From: Gammaproteobacteria bacterium
GTDB lineage: Bacteria > Pseudomonadota > Gammaproteobacteria > SZUA-229
Assembly (NCBI GenBank): GCA_029882215.1
Contig: JAOULC010000007.1
Span: 13,546-77,545 of the forward strand
Reading direction: 5' to 3'
DNA length: 64,000 bases
The notes beneath the pieces are model-generated. The model saw nothing but the letters and a program-made list of their open reading frames with translations, ran no database searches and was not told where the DNA came from. Below, piece after piece: positions 40,913-50,899 of the stretch (positions within the stretch are counted from its first letter, which is position 1; every line of letters begins with the position of its first letter). The position numbers and the translations under genes were made by a program.

Positions 40913-41152
40913 TCAGAACAGCTCAATGCCATCATCATCGCTGTCATTTTTCTTGCGTACGTTAACTTCTGCCAAAACCAGATCCAGCAAATTGGTTAAC
41001 TCGGCATCATCTAATGCTGTGATGTCGAGTGACTGAAAAGTTCTTTTCATGGACTGATTGGCCTGATAGCAGGTCAGGTGTGCAGGCCCCTGGCCCGGAA
41101 CTGAAATACCTTCTTCACCAAACACCGGGTGTTTACAAAAAATACATCTCAT
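40913..41152 (-). CDS. Small hypothetical protein with N-terminal zinc-ribbon-like motif (CxxC…HxxC)
   Basis: 79 aa. MRCIFCKHP…PAHLTCY and an acidic C-terminus. Confidence 0.4.
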   Translation of the reverse strand: MRCIFCKHPVFGEEGISVPGQGPAHLTCYQANQSMKRTFQSLDITALDDAELTNLLDLVLAEVNVRKKNDSDDDGIELF

Positions 41153-41167
41153 CTTTAATCGGCACTC

Positions 41168-41404
41168 TTATACTGGCTGCAAAACACCCGATAAATGTTG
41201 TAAATGCTCAGCGGCTATCTGCCCTCTTTCAGTTAAGTAGCCTCCGTCCTGCTGACTAACCAGGCCTTTTTCAAATAGTCTGGCGGCTGCCGCTATTTTA
41301 GCTTCGGTGGCATCGGAGTGAACTTTTATACCCGTTTGCAGGCTGTCCAGATCATAGCAGCTCAGCACATTCATCTCTTCAAGTAAGTCGTTATCAAATT
41401 TCAT
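41168..41404 (-). CDS. Small hypothetical protein (78 aa)
   Basis: Its 5' end overlaps the downstream GGDEF-EAL gene's 3' end by 11 nt. No recognisable motif. Confidence 0.35.
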   Translation of the reverse strand: MKFDNDLLEEMNVLSCYDLDSLQTGIKVHSDATEAKIAAAARLFEKGLVSQQDGGYLTERGQIAAEHLQHLSGVLQPV

Positions 41405-43499
41405 TATTTACCTCATTTTTCTCTAAGTTATTTCTTTTGTGATCATCACCAAACCACGGGGCTATAGCATCCAATCGCAATGGTTTACTAAAATAAAATC
41501 CCTGCACAGTTTTAGCACCTAATCGCCTCACCGTCTCTAACTCTTTTTCACTTTCAACGCCCTCAAATACATTGTCAATAGCTAAACCCCGACACATCGT
41601 AACGATTGCCTTGACGATGTCCTGTAAATTTTTCTTATGGTCAATTCCTGAAATCACCGAGCGGTCTATTTTAATAATATCTATCGGCAACTTCGCAAGA
41701 TATTTAAACGAGGTATAGCCACTGCCAAAATCATCCAGTGCAATCGTACAGCCCAGCTCATGAATACTGTTTAAAAAAGCTTCTGTTTTATTAAAGTCTT
41801 TGATCAGTACTGACTCGGTTATTTCAAATTCAATCTGTGCCGGGTTGACGTTTGACTGGTCAATATATTTTTTAATCTTTTCGCTGTACTGATTTACACC
41901 GCACTGCAGTGCGGATAAATTAATCGACACCTTGGCATTTCTTGCCTTGCCGGATTTTATAAACTGCAGCACCTCTTTAATGACCCAGTCACCAACCACA
42001 TAGATCATTCCTGTCTCTTCAAGCACCGGTACAAACACGGCCGGAGAGACCTGTCCAAACTCGGCACTGTTCCAGCGGATTAATGCCTCAAAGCCTGTTG
42101 TCGCATTGCTATGAATATCACATTGAGGCTGAAAAACCAGATAAAAGTCTTCATTTTCAACCGCCAGCCTTAACGCATTCTCCAGCTCCAGACGGCCCTT
42201 AATCCGGTTAGACATTTCACTGGAATAAAACTCAAAACTGTTACTGCCTACATCCTTTGCATAATACATGGCCGTATCTGCCATCTTAAGTAGATCCAGG
42301 GCATCGATACCGTCTATTGGGTAAGTCGCTATACCGATACTGGTTCCGATATGTACATCATGGCCATTAATTTCAAACAAAGCAGCGGTGCATGCAATCA
42401 GTTTTTCAGCGACAACAAAAGCACTTCTGACGTCGCTCATTTTCTCCAGAATTATTACAAACTCATCGCCACCATTTCTGGCAATAACATCATCTTCTCT
42501 TAATGCATTCTTTAAACGCACAGACACTTGTTGTATCAGCTGATCACCAACAGCATGACCGAGGCTGTCATTAATGGCTTTAAAGCGATCCAGGTCGACA
42601 AATAAAACAGCAAACAGCGTATCGTTTTTCTGGGCTTTTATAACAGCCGCTTTCAGTCTTTCAATTAACATAACACGGTTTGGCAAACCGGTCAGCACAT
42701 CATAATACGCAAGATGATGCAGGTCTTTTTCAACCTCACATCTTTTATCAATTTGTTCTTTTAAATCCAGATTAGCTTCCAGCAATTCACTGGTGCGTTC
42801 TTTTACCAAATCTTCCAAAACTTCCTGCGCCTGTTCCAGATTTAACTGCGCCTTTTTTCTGTTTTGTATTTCCGTTTCCATCTTATCAATCAGTTTTATA
42901 TTCTGACGAATTAACTGGCGTCCCTGCTTAAATTTCAGATTGGTATTTCTGGCAATGACAAACATGAACCATGAAAAGATAAACAACGACACTGTTACCA
43001 GCAGGTTATTATTTAATGCATTAATCACCATAAGACTAAGTATTTGCGGCAAACTGAAAGCGATATACGCTTTCATCCACATCGACAGCGACCCAACCGC
43101 TGCTGTGATTAAGCCCAGATTAACGATCGTTAAAAAAAAACGCAGCTCATCATTATTCAGATCATAGTAAGCAAAACTTAATAAAGCCCAGTCCAGACCA
43201 AGCAGCAGACTGGTAAGTACATAGTAATTTGCATATTGCTGATAACTTGTTGTTCTGTCTTTTTTGTTAAAGCGCCGGAGCAACAGCATGCGGGCGCTAA
43301 AACAACCGAGAAAAACAGCAAAAAACCAGCTGATATGCTGCACTTCGCCCTGATAAGTCAGTGAAAAAATAACCAGAACAGCGGCAGCCAGCATCGCCAT
43401 ATTGGCTGGGTATGCCTGACTAAAAAGGTACTCTATCTGGTCTTTTTTGAAAGAAACGATGTTACACGCCCCGTATTTCATCCATTGTAATAACGACAA
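41394..43499 (-). CDS. Membrane sensor diguanylate cyclase/phosphodiesterase (multi-TM N-terminus, coiled coil, GGDEF with GGDEF site, EAL)
   Basis: NGGDEF and KAINDSLGH motifs, and an EAL domain (EALIRW; DDFGSGYTS). The hydrophobic N-terminal ~190 aa is followed by a coiled coil. Confidence 0.9.
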   Translation of the reverse strand: MSLLQWMKYGACNIVSFKKDQIEYLFSQAYPANMAMLAAAVLVIFSLTYQGEVQHISWFFAVFLGCFSARMLLLRRFNKKDRTTSYQQYANYYVLTSLLLGLDWALLSFAYYDLNNDELRFFLTIVNLGLITAAVGSLSMWMKAYIAFSLPQILSLMVINALNNNLLVTVSLFIFSWFMFVIARNTNLKFKQGRQLIRQNIKLIDKMETEIQNRKKAQLNLEQAQEVLEDLVKERTSELLEANLDLKEQIDKRCEVEKDLHHLAYYDVLTGLPNRVMLIERLKAAVIKAQKNDTLFAVLFVDLDRFKAINDSLGHAVGDQLIQQVSVRLKNALREDDVIARNGGDEFVIILEKMSDVRSAFVVAEKLIACTAALFEINGHDVHIGTSIGIATYPIDGIDALDLLKMADTAMYYAKDVGSNSFEFYSSEMSNRIKGRLELENALRLAVENEDFYLVFQPQCDIHSNATTGFEALIRWNSAEFGQVSPAVFVPVLEETGMIYVVGDWVIKEVLQFIKSGKARNAKVSINLSALQCGVNQYSEKIKKYIDQSNVNPAQIEFEITESVLIKDFNKTEAFLNSIHELGCTIALDDFGSGYTSFKYLAKLPIDIIKIDRSVISGIDHKKNLQDIVKAIVTMCRGLAIDNVFEGVESEKELETVRRLGAKTVQGFYFSKPLRLDAIAPWFGDDHKRNNLEKNEVNNEI

Positions 43500-43511
43500 G
43501 CTAAACCGGTT

Positions 43512-44405
43512 TTATTTTTTTTTCGCCCTTGGATGGGCATCATCATAGACCTTTGCTAAGTGCTGAAAATCCAAATGGGTGTAGATTTGTGTTGTTGTTA
43601 AGTTTTCATGTCCAAGCAATTCCTGTACAGCCCTTAAGTCACCGCTTGACTCCAGAATGTGCGACGCAAATGAATGCCTTAACTTATGCGGATACAAATC
43701 ACTGTCTAATTGCTGTGTTATAGCCCATTTTTTCATGCGCTGCTGAATACTGCGCTGTTTTAACCGGCCACCCCGGCTGCTGACAAACACTGCCTGTTCT
43801 TCACTATCAGCTATCTGTGCCCTGACCTGAAACCATGCATCCAGTGCCAGCAGGGCTTTACCGCCATAAGGCAGCTGTCGCTGCTTATCTCCCTTGCCAA
43901 TCACTTCCAGTAACTGTTGTTTTTTATCCACTTTATTCAGGTCCAGCTTCACCAGCTCTGTCAGTCGCAAACCACAGCCATACATTAATTCCATAATCGC
44001 TTTATCCCTGATGCTCAATACATCTTGTTCTTTTATATTGAGCAACTGATCTAACTGATCAACTGTTAATAACTCAGGCAGTTTTCGTGATACCTTGGGT
44101 GCACGAACACCTTGAGCGGGATTAGTTGCCAGCAAGCGCTGCTTATTAAGAAAATTAAACAGACTGCGCAGCGCGGACAGCAATCGCTGTAAACTACGGC
44201 CACTCAGGCCCTGACGATGACGGCTGGCAACAAATGCGCGGATGTGCGCTGAATCTAAGGCGGAAAATTGTTTGATGGAATGCTGCTCACAATAGTTCAG
44301 AAATGAACCAATGTCGCGCTGATAACTTTTTAGGGTATGCTCAGAGTACTGTTTTTCTGATTGCAGATATTGGTAAAATCGTAAAACTTGTGACTGTAAT
44401 GTCAT
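43512..44405 (-). CDS. xerC: Tyrosine recombinase XerC
   Basis: The R…HxxR…Y catalytic set is present ([10 protein letters not shown], …TQIYTH). It lies in the conserved dapF-DUF484-xerC arrangement. Confidence 0.9.
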   Translation of the reverse strand: MTLQSQVLRFYQYLQSEKQYSEHTLKSYQRDIGSFLNYCEQHSIKQFSALDSAHIRAFVASRHRQGLSGRSLQRLLSALRSLFNFLNKQRLLATNPAQGVRAPKVSRKLPELLTVDQLDQLLNIKEQDVLSIRDKAIMELMYGCGLRLTELVKLDLNKVDKKQQLLEVIGKGDKQRQLPYGGKALLALDAWFQVRAQIADSEEQAVFVSSRGGRLKQRSIQQRMKKWAITQQLDSDLYPHKLRHSFASHILESSGDLRAVQELLGHENLTTTQIYTHLDFQHLAKVYDDAHPRAKKK

Positions 44406-45106
44406 CAGTTTTGATAAGTAGCAATGGCTGCGCTCACCAGTTCACTGATTTGAGAAAGAAAGCTGGTCGCCATCCCCGGATTGAATCGATCGGGATGCTG
44501 CCCCCCCAAACCAATAAAACCAATATTGGCACCCGAGACCAGTGGTATCAGTGCGGCTGATTGTATGTCTTCATGTTCCTGTGTAAAGATACAGGCAATT
44601 TGTTGCTGACTTAAACGTCCGCAAAGCGGCTTATAGGCCTCTACGATTGAACTGATTGACTGATAACGCAGATCATCCTTATGTATATACCATTGCGGCA
44701 TTTGCTCACATAACTTCGTGTCATCTGTCACCAGATGCACGCTCGCATAATCCACCTGAAACTCGTGACGCATTGCATCAACCACGGCACTCAAAAGCGA
44801 CTCTAAATCATCACTCAAAAGTAAGTTAACGACCAGTTGTAAAATGTTACGGCTTAGCTGCTCATTTTCCCGGGCCAGAGAGACCAGCTCAACCAGTTTG
44901 TTTTCCAGCCGCATATTTTTATCACGCAATACAAAAACCTGACGTTCAATCAGGGAAATAGCCGGGCCGGTATCATGTGATAATTCCAGTTTGCTCAACA
45001 GACCGGCATGCCGGTCAAAAAAATCCGGGTGTTGATCCAGGTATTCTGCAACGGTCTGCTCATCGAGATCCGCTGTTATTCCTTTTGCTTCTGGTTGCTG
45101 CTTCAA
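44405..45106 (-). CDS. DUF484-family protein (YigA-like)
   Basis: 233 aa between dapF and xerC, with 1-nt and 4-nt overlaps to its neighbours. Confidence 0.75.
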   Translation of the reverse strand: MKQQPEAKGITADLDEQTVAEYLDQHPDFFDRHAGLLSKLELSHDTGPAISLIERQVFVLRDKNMRLENKLVELVSLARENEQLSRNILQLVVNLLLSDDLESLLSAVVDAMRHEFQVDYASVHLVTDDTKLCEQMPQWYIHKDDLRYQSISSIVEAYKPLCGRLSQQQIACIFTQEHEDIQSAALIPLVSGANIGFIGLGGQHPDRFNPGMATSFLSQISELVSAAIATYQN

Positions 45107-45933
45107 TGTTCTATCTGTCCTTCGTATACAGTTGTTGCTGACCCCGTCATAAACACGGGAGTGCCCGCGCCTTGCCAGCGTATAATCAGCTGGCCACCGG
45201 GTAAGCTTACCTCGACTTCATCATCAAGCCAACCACGCACAATACCTGACACCACAGCAGCACAGGCACCTGTGCCACATGCCAGCGTCTCACCTGCGCC
45301 ACGCTCATAGACACGTAGCCGAATATGCCGGCGATCCACACATTGCATAAAACCAACATTCACCCGCCTGGGAAATCGCTCATGGGACTCCAATAATGGC
45401 CCGAGCTTTGCGACTGCGGCTGTATCTATATTATCTACCTTCAGCACCGCATGTGGATTACCCATTGATACGGCGCCAATTTCAAGCGTCTCACCCGCCA
45501 CATCCAGCAGATAAGTATCGGCTTGTTGTTCGGCAATAAATGGTAATGCAGCAGGAGCAAACACCGGCTCACCCATATTGACTTCGACCAGCTCTCCTTG
45601 CAGAACCGTCAGCGTGATTAAGCCTGAACTGGTTTCAACCGGAATCACTTTGGATGCCGTCAGTGCTTTTTCGGTCACAAATCTGGCAAAACAACGCGCG
45701 CCGTTACCGCACTGCTCGACTTCGCTGCCATCGGCATTGTAAATACGATATAAGAATTCTGCCCGACTGGTTTTAGGTCGTTCAACTAATAACAACTGAT
45801 CAAAGCCTATGCCAAATCGACGATCTGACCATTGCCTGATTTTGTCAGGCGTCAAAACCAGATTTTGATTAATGGCATCAATCACCATAAAGTCATTACC
45901 CAGACCATGCATTTTTGTGAATTTAACTATCAT
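45103..45933 (-). CDS. dapF: Diaminopimelate epimerase
   Basis: [13 protein letters not shown]…[11 protein letters not shown]…ACGTGACAA is collinear with E. coli DapF, and both catalytic Cys are present. The start is chosen at [10 protein letters not shown]. Confidence 0.9.
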   Translation of the reverse strand: MIVKFTKMHGLGNDFMVIDAINQNLVLTPDKIRQWSDRRFGIGFDQLLLVERPKTSRAEFLYRIYNADGSEVEQCGNGARCFARFVTEKALTASKVIPVETSSGLITLTVLQGELVEVNMGEPVFAPAALPFIAEQQADTYLLDVAGETLEIGAVSMGNPHAVLKVDNIDTAAVAKLGPLLESHERFPRRVNVGFMQCVDRRHIRLRVYERGAGETLACGTGACAAVVSGIVRGWLDDEVEVSLPGGQLIIRWQGAGTPVFMTGSATTVYEGQIEH

Positions 45934-46409
45934 GGCGAAAATATAACACATAAGTATTTGTTTTTATGAACAAATATCTCAACAGCGAGGATATTTTTCT
46001 TAGCGGCTTAGCTTTCAAAAAATAAGCGATGGATTCTTTAGCCGCAAGTTCAGGCGGCTGTATTTTTTGCTGCTTTGCTGACTAAATATCAGGCTACAAA
46101 TAAATCTGACAATAGCCGTCATTTTCGATAGCTGAACAGGCCTTTTTGATGCTGACTGATTTATACGGTAACTCATAGTCATGCCATAGCATTTTTATTG
46201 TATTACTAAAGAAAATAGCGATTTACTTTTATCCTTATTCTTTTTTGCTATATATAAAATCACAGCTAACAGATGCGACTTACTCTGTCAGCTCAGCAAT
46301 GAAAGTATATGGGGTTTTTCTAATATAACTTTGTCTACTTTTTAAAGACCAATAACTATTGGAAGATAACGATTTGCAATGGTATATTCATCTTCCACAC
46401 AAGACCATA

Positions 46410-46425
46410 ATTCATAATTATGAAT
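46410..46425. promoter_or_regulatory. Perfect 16-bp palindrome ATTCATAATTATGAAT in the dapF-dctP divergent intergenic region (candidate operator)
   Basis: Seen in sequence. It lies 78-93 bp upstream of the dctP ATG in a 550-bp AT-rich region. Confidence 0.3.
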
Positions 46426-46502
46426 AATAAAATTTTTGGTCATTCCTGCGGATTATCCGTATTGAGAGCCAATACAACCACAATTATCGAGGATTTTTCT
46501 AT

Positions 46503-47510
46503 ATGAAAATGTTATTTCGTACTTTATTAGCCGTTCCATTGGCACTTGCAAGCATGCAAGCTATGGCGGCTGATTACACCATCAAGTTGTCACACGTTGT
46601 TTCAGCTCATACACCGAAAGGTCAGGCGGCCGATCTTTTTGCTAAGCTCGTTGAAGAGCGCACTAAAGGCCGGGTAAAAGTTGAAGTTTTTCCTAACTCA
46701 CAACTTTATAACGACAATAAAGTATTAGAAGCCATGCGTTTAAGCGGTAGCAAAACTACCGGCATCATGGCTGCACCTAGCCTGTCAAAGTTTGTTAAAT
46801 TTTCAAAAACACTGCAAACATTTGATCTGCCTTTCCTGTTTAATAACACAGATGATGTGCATAAACTGGTCGACTCACCGCTTATGACGCGCCTGACTAA
46901 AGGCCTGGATAAGAAAGGTTTACGTGCCTTGACAGTTTGGGACAATGGCATGAAAGTTTTCTCAATCAAAGCGGATAAGCCACTGCGCAATATTCCTGCT
47001 GACTTTACCGGTAAAAAATTCCGTATCCAGTCATCTAATATCGCAGCCTCTATGATTGAGCATCTGGGTGGCACACCACAAAAACTACCATTCAAAGAAG
47101 TTTACACAGCATTAGGCCAGGGCGTTGTCGATGGTCAGGAAAATGCATGGTCGAATGTTCACTCGAAGAAGTTCTATGAAGTTCAGGATTACATTTCAGT
47201 AACAAACCACGCTTACCTGGGTTATCTGGTTGTTGTTAGTGATGAATTCTGGAGCAACCTGCCTGCCGATATCCGTAACACTGTCAGCGGTGCATTAAAA
47301 GAAGCCACTGAAGCTAACCGTAAATTTGCAGCGATTGCTGACAAAGGTGACCGCAAGAAAATCGAAGATGACAAGTACGCTAAAGTTGTTGAGCTGACTG
47401 ATGCAGAACGTGCTGCATGGCGCCAGGCAACTGCACCAGTATGGACTGAGTTCCGTGATGAAATCGGCGCTGAGCTGATTGATGATGTGAAGAAACTGCT
47501 GGGCCGTTAA
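46503..47510 (+). CDS. dctP: TRAP transporter substrate-binding protein DctP
   Basis: Signal peptide, 335 aa, DctP-family fold. Confidence 0.85.
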   Translation: MKMLFRTLLAVPLALASMQAMAADYTIKLSHVVSAHTPKGQAADLFAKLVEERTKGRVKVEVFPNSQLYNDNKVLEAMRLSGSKTTGIMAAPSLSKFVKFSKTLQTFDLPFLFNNTDDVHKLVDSPLMTRLTKGLDKKGLRALTVWDNGMKVFSIKADKPLRNIPADFTGKKFRIQSSNIAASMIEHLGGTPQKLPFKEVYTALGQGVVDGQENAWSNVHSKKFYEVQDYISVTNHAYLGYLVVVSDEFWSNLPADIRNTVSGALKEATEANRKFAAIADKGDRKKIEDDKYAKVVELTDAERAAWRQATAPVWTEFRDEIGAELIDDVKKLLGR

Positions 47511-47582
47511 TCTACCTTTCCAGTTACTGGAATCTCAGGGGGTGATTTTTTACCCCCTGACTTTTAAGCTAAAAAAAATACT

Positions 47583-48104
47583 ATGCTAACTTTAAATCGT
47601 TATATCGATCTGTTTGAAAAATACAGCATTACCATTCTCTTTGCTGTTGCCACACTGATATTATTTACTAATGTGGTTTTACGTTATTTCTTTGACACCG
47701 GTCTGATCTGGGCATTAGAGCTGGTTCAATACCTGTTTGCCTGGGTGGTTCTGGTTGGTGCTGCACATGGTGTTAAAGTCGGCATTCATCTCGGCATTGA
47801 TATTTTGCTGATTAAAATGTCGAAATCTCTGCGTAAAAAAACCCTGATAGTTGCTATCCTGTGCTGTATTAGCTTCGTTGCAATCGTCGATTACAATGCG
47901 TTTATCTATACCTTTAAAATTTATCAATGGGGCGACATTACTGAAGATTTACAAATACCACAGTGGATACCTTATCTTGCCATTCCGGTTGGTTTAAGCC
48001 TGATGTTGTATCACTTCCTGACTCTGGGCTGGGAAATCATTACCGATCAACGCGACACAATTCACACCAATGAAGCCGACGCCGCTATGGAAGAAATAGA
48101 CTAA
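47583..48104 (+). CDS. dctQ: TRAP transporter small permease DctQ
   Basis: 173-aa 4-TM protein between dctP and dctM. Confidence 0.8.
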   Translation: MLTLNRYIDLFEKYSITILFAVATLILFTNVVLRYFFDTGLIWALELVQYLFAWVVLVGAAHGVKVGIHLGIDILLIKMSKSLRKKTLIVAILCCISFVAIVDYNAFIYTFKIYQWGDITEDLQIPQWIPYLAIPVGLSLMLYHFLTLGWEIITDQRDTIHTNEADAAMEEID

Positions 48105-49381
48105 TGACAATTGCACTGCTCTTTATTGGCCTTTTAATCTTACTGCTGATTGGTGTACCGATTGCCGTCAGTCTGGGTTTAAGCAGCCTCTCATATTTAA
48201 TGCTGGCAACCGATGATTCTCCAACCATCATTGCACAAAAATTATTCGACACAATGGAACACACCACCTTACTGGCGATTCCATTCTTTATCCTGTCATC
48301 ACACTTCCTGACCACCGGCGGTGTATCAAACCGCCTGGTCGAGTTTGCAAAATCACTGGTTGGCTGGATGCACGGAGGTCTGGCGATGGCAGGTGTTGTC
48401 TCATGCATGCTGTTTGCCGCTATTTCCGGCTCATCACCGGCGACCGTTGTCGCGATAGGCTCTATCTTAATTCCAGGCATGATCAAAGCCGGTTATGACA
48501 AACGCTTTGCGGTAGGTGTTATTGCCACAGCCGGCAGTATGGGTATCTTAATTCCACCGTCCATTCCGATGATTGTATATGCCGATGCGGTGGAAGAGTC
48601 TGTTGGTAAGATGTTCATTGCCGGTATTTTACCGGGCATCCTGATGGGTGTTTTGCTAATGCTTGCAACCTGGGTCACAGCGCGTCATTTAAAGATGCCA
48701 CGTGAGCCCTGGCAGGGATTTTCTCATATCTTCAAGACTTTTCGACACGCCTTCTCGGGTTTGTTTTTGATCGTCATTGTGGTCGGCGGGATTTATGGCG
48801 GGATTTTCACGCCAACAGAAGCTGCCGCGGTCGCTGCCGTCTACTCGGCCTTTATTGCACTCTTTGTGCATAATGATATGACCCTGAAAGACGTACCACA
48901 AGTGATGCTCGACTCCGCCAAGATGACTTCTGTTATTATGTTTATCATTGCCTGTGCAATGATCTTTGCGCATGTTCTAACCGAACAACAAGTACCACAA
49001 ACCTTATCTCAAATCGTTATTGAACAAGACCTGAGTCCCGGTGCCTTCCTGTTTATGGTGAACGTCATTCTGTGGTTTGCCGGTGACTTTATGGAGCCTT
49101 CATCAATTCTGTTGATTCTGGCACCATTGTTCCATCCTATTGCACTGACGCTGGGCATAGACCCGATCCATCTGGGCATTGTAATGACCACTAACATGGA
49201 AGTCGGTATGATCACACCGCCGGTTGGTCTTAATCTTTATGTCGCAGCCGGCTTAACCGGTATGACACTGGGACAGGTAACACGTGCAGCCCTGCCTTGG
49301 ATGGGGGTCATGATCGTCGCCTTAATCATCATTACCTATGTACCCTGGTTTAGCCTCTATCTTGTGAACCTACTGTACTAA
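48104..49381 (+). CDS. dctM: TRAP transporter large permease DctM
   Basis: 425-aa 12-TM protein with a 1-nt overlap with dctQ. Confidence 0.85.
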   Translation: MTIALLFIGLLILLLIGVPIAVSLGLSSLSYLMLATDDSPTIIAQKLFDTMEHTTLLAIPFFILSSHFLTTGGVSNRLVEFAKSLVGWMHGGLAMAGVVSCMLFAAISGSSPATVVAIGSILIPGMIKAGYDKRFAVGVIATAGSMGILIPPSIPMIVYADAVEESVGKMFIAGILPGILMGVLLMLATWVTARHLKMPREPWQGFSHIFKTFRHAFSGLFLIVIVVGGIYGGIFTPTEAAAVAAVYSAFIALFVHNDMTLKDVPQVMLDSAKMTSVIMFIIACAMIFAHVLTEQQVPQTLSQIVIEQDLSPGAFLFMVNVILWFAGDFMEPSSILLILAPLFHPIALTLGIDPIHLGIVMTTNMEVGMITPPVGLNLYVAAGLTGMTLGQVTRAALPWMGVMIVALIIITYVPWFSLYLVNLLY

Positions 49382-49399
49382 TTAGCTACTTCATTAGCT

Positions 49400-49442
49400 C
49401 AACAAACCCGCTACTCGTCAGACTAGCGGGTTTGTTGTTTTT
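49400..49442 (+). terminator. Rho-independent terminator after dctM
   Basis: 14-bp perfect stem caacaaacccgcta…tagcgggtttgttg followed by T5. Confidence 0.8.
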
Positions 49443-49454
49443 GGATACATCGTT

Positions 49455-50198
49455 ATGCTGCTTGAATTTAGTGCTTTACAAATTTTTCTGACCGCACTGA
49501 TTTTTATCTGGTCTGGTTTTGTACGCAGCGGCCTGGGATTTGGTGGCGCGGCACTGAGCCTGCCCTTATTGCTCATCGTTTATGATCAGCCGATTTTCTG
49601 GATGCCCATTATTGGCGCCCATTTACTCCTGTTTTCTGCACTGACACTGCGGACCCGCCTGAGAAGCATCAGCTGGGAATACCTGTTACGTTCAATGCCG
49701 ATCATCTTACCGACAACCATCGCCGGTGTCTTCGGGCTTATTAGCTTGCCCAATAAAATCATACTTATTTTTATTTATAGCGTCACGCTGTTCTACGCTA
49801 TCATGTGGATGCTGCGCGTTACCATACACAGTTCAAACCGCTGGGTAGATCGCTTTTTACTGGCACTTGGCGGCTATATCGTTGGCACGTCATTAAGTGG
49901 CGCACCTTTGATCGTTGCGGTTTATATGAAAAATATCGCACCACAACATTTACGCAACACCTTGCTATTATTATGGTTTGTACTGGTTGGTATAAAAATG
50001 GCGACGTTCACCGTGTTCGACGTGGATTTACAGCTCGATAGCGCATTGATGCTAGTACCTGTTGCGGCTATTGGTCATATCATCGGTTTAAAACTGCATG
50101 ATATGATTCTTGAAAAAGATCAGCAGTTTAAACGTGTTATCGGCGTTGCTTTGCTGGTGGTTTGTGTACTCGGACTGTGGAAAATTTTAAATAGCTAA
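49455..50198 (+). CDS. TauE/SafE-family (DUF81) anion exporter-like membrane protein
   Basis: 247 aa, ~8 TM, with a Gly-rich N-terminal TM region typical of TauE/SafE. Confidence 0.6.
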   Translation: MLLEFSALQIFLTALIFIWSGFVRSGLGFGGAALSLPLLLIVYDQPIFWMPIIGAHLLLFSALTLRTRLRSISWEYLLRSMPIILPTTIAGVFGLISLPNKIILIFIYSVTLFYAIMWMLRVTIHSSNRWVDRFLLALGGYIVGTSLSGAPLIVAVYMKNIAPQHLRNTLLLLWFVLVGIKMATFTVFDVDLQLDSALMLVPVAAIGHIIGLKLHDMILEKDQQFKRVIGVALLVVCVLGLWKILNS

Positions 50199-50282
50199 AC
50201 CTTTTTATCAGCGTCACTGGCTTTGCAGCTGCTCAATATACTGAATAAAATATATTCTGTAGCTGAAAGCATTTGTATTTAT

Positions 50283-50885
50283 CTAGCTCATTTTCCATAC
50301 AAGTATTCTGTTATTGACCGGCATCTCAATATCTTCCTGCAAAACAAAACCGGCCTTTTCTGCAAATACGGTCAGCTCTGACATGTCTCTGATACCACTT
50401 GCCTCATCTCTTTGTTTAAGCCAGTGATCAAAACGCGCATTACTTTCACTGCTGAACCGACCATCTTTATTAAACGGCCCGTAACAACAAAACAAAGCGT
50501 CTTTATTTAATAGTTTACCCAGCCCTGCAAATAGTTTTTCTACATGCAAAATCGACATAATATGCAATGTATTGGCGCTAAACACAGCATCATAATCAGC
50601 TGTTAGTCCCCAGTGTTGCTGTGCAACATCGAGCACCAGCGGCGCTTCAATATTGTCTAAACCGGCATCTTCTACCCAGATATTAACTCCCGCTACATTT
50701 TCTGCAAGTTCAGTCGGCTGCCATCGCAGATGCGACAGGTGCCTGGCAAAGTGCACCGCATGCTGCCCTGTTCCGCTGCCTATTTCGAGCACACAGTCTG
50801 AATTTGCATAAAGCACCATTAATTGCTCGAGAATAACCGTTTTATTTTCTTCAGATGACTGTGAAAATGGCTTAGTAGATTTCAT
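50283..50885 (-). CDS. Class I SAM-dependent methyltransferase (DUF938-like)
   Basis: SAM motif LEIGSGTGQHA at the N-terminus, 200 aa. Confidence 0.6.
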   Translation of the reverse strand: MKSTKPFSQSSEENKTVILEQLMVLYANSDCVLEIGSGTGQHAVHFARHLSHLRWQPTELAENVAGVNIWVEDAGLDNIEAPLVLDVAQQHWGLTADYDAVFSANTLHIMSILHVEKLFAGLGKLLNKDALFCCYGPFNKDGRFSSESNARFDHWLKQRDEASGIRDMSELTVFAEKAGFVLQEDIEMPVNNRILVWKMS

Positions 50886-50899
50886 GACTGTCCTGTTTA

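Noticed and set aside
43512-44405. Tyrosine recombinase as a marker of an integrated mobile element
   Set aside because: The gene sits in the conserved housekeeping dapF-DUF484-xerC arrangement and has XerC-like features. There are no flanking att-like repeats, tRNA genes or phage genes.
46000-46100. 33-codon minus-strand ORF upstream of dapF considered as an LptM (YifL) lipoprotein homologue
   Set aside because: It has no convincing lipobox or signal peptide and no similarity to LptM, and it is too short to support.
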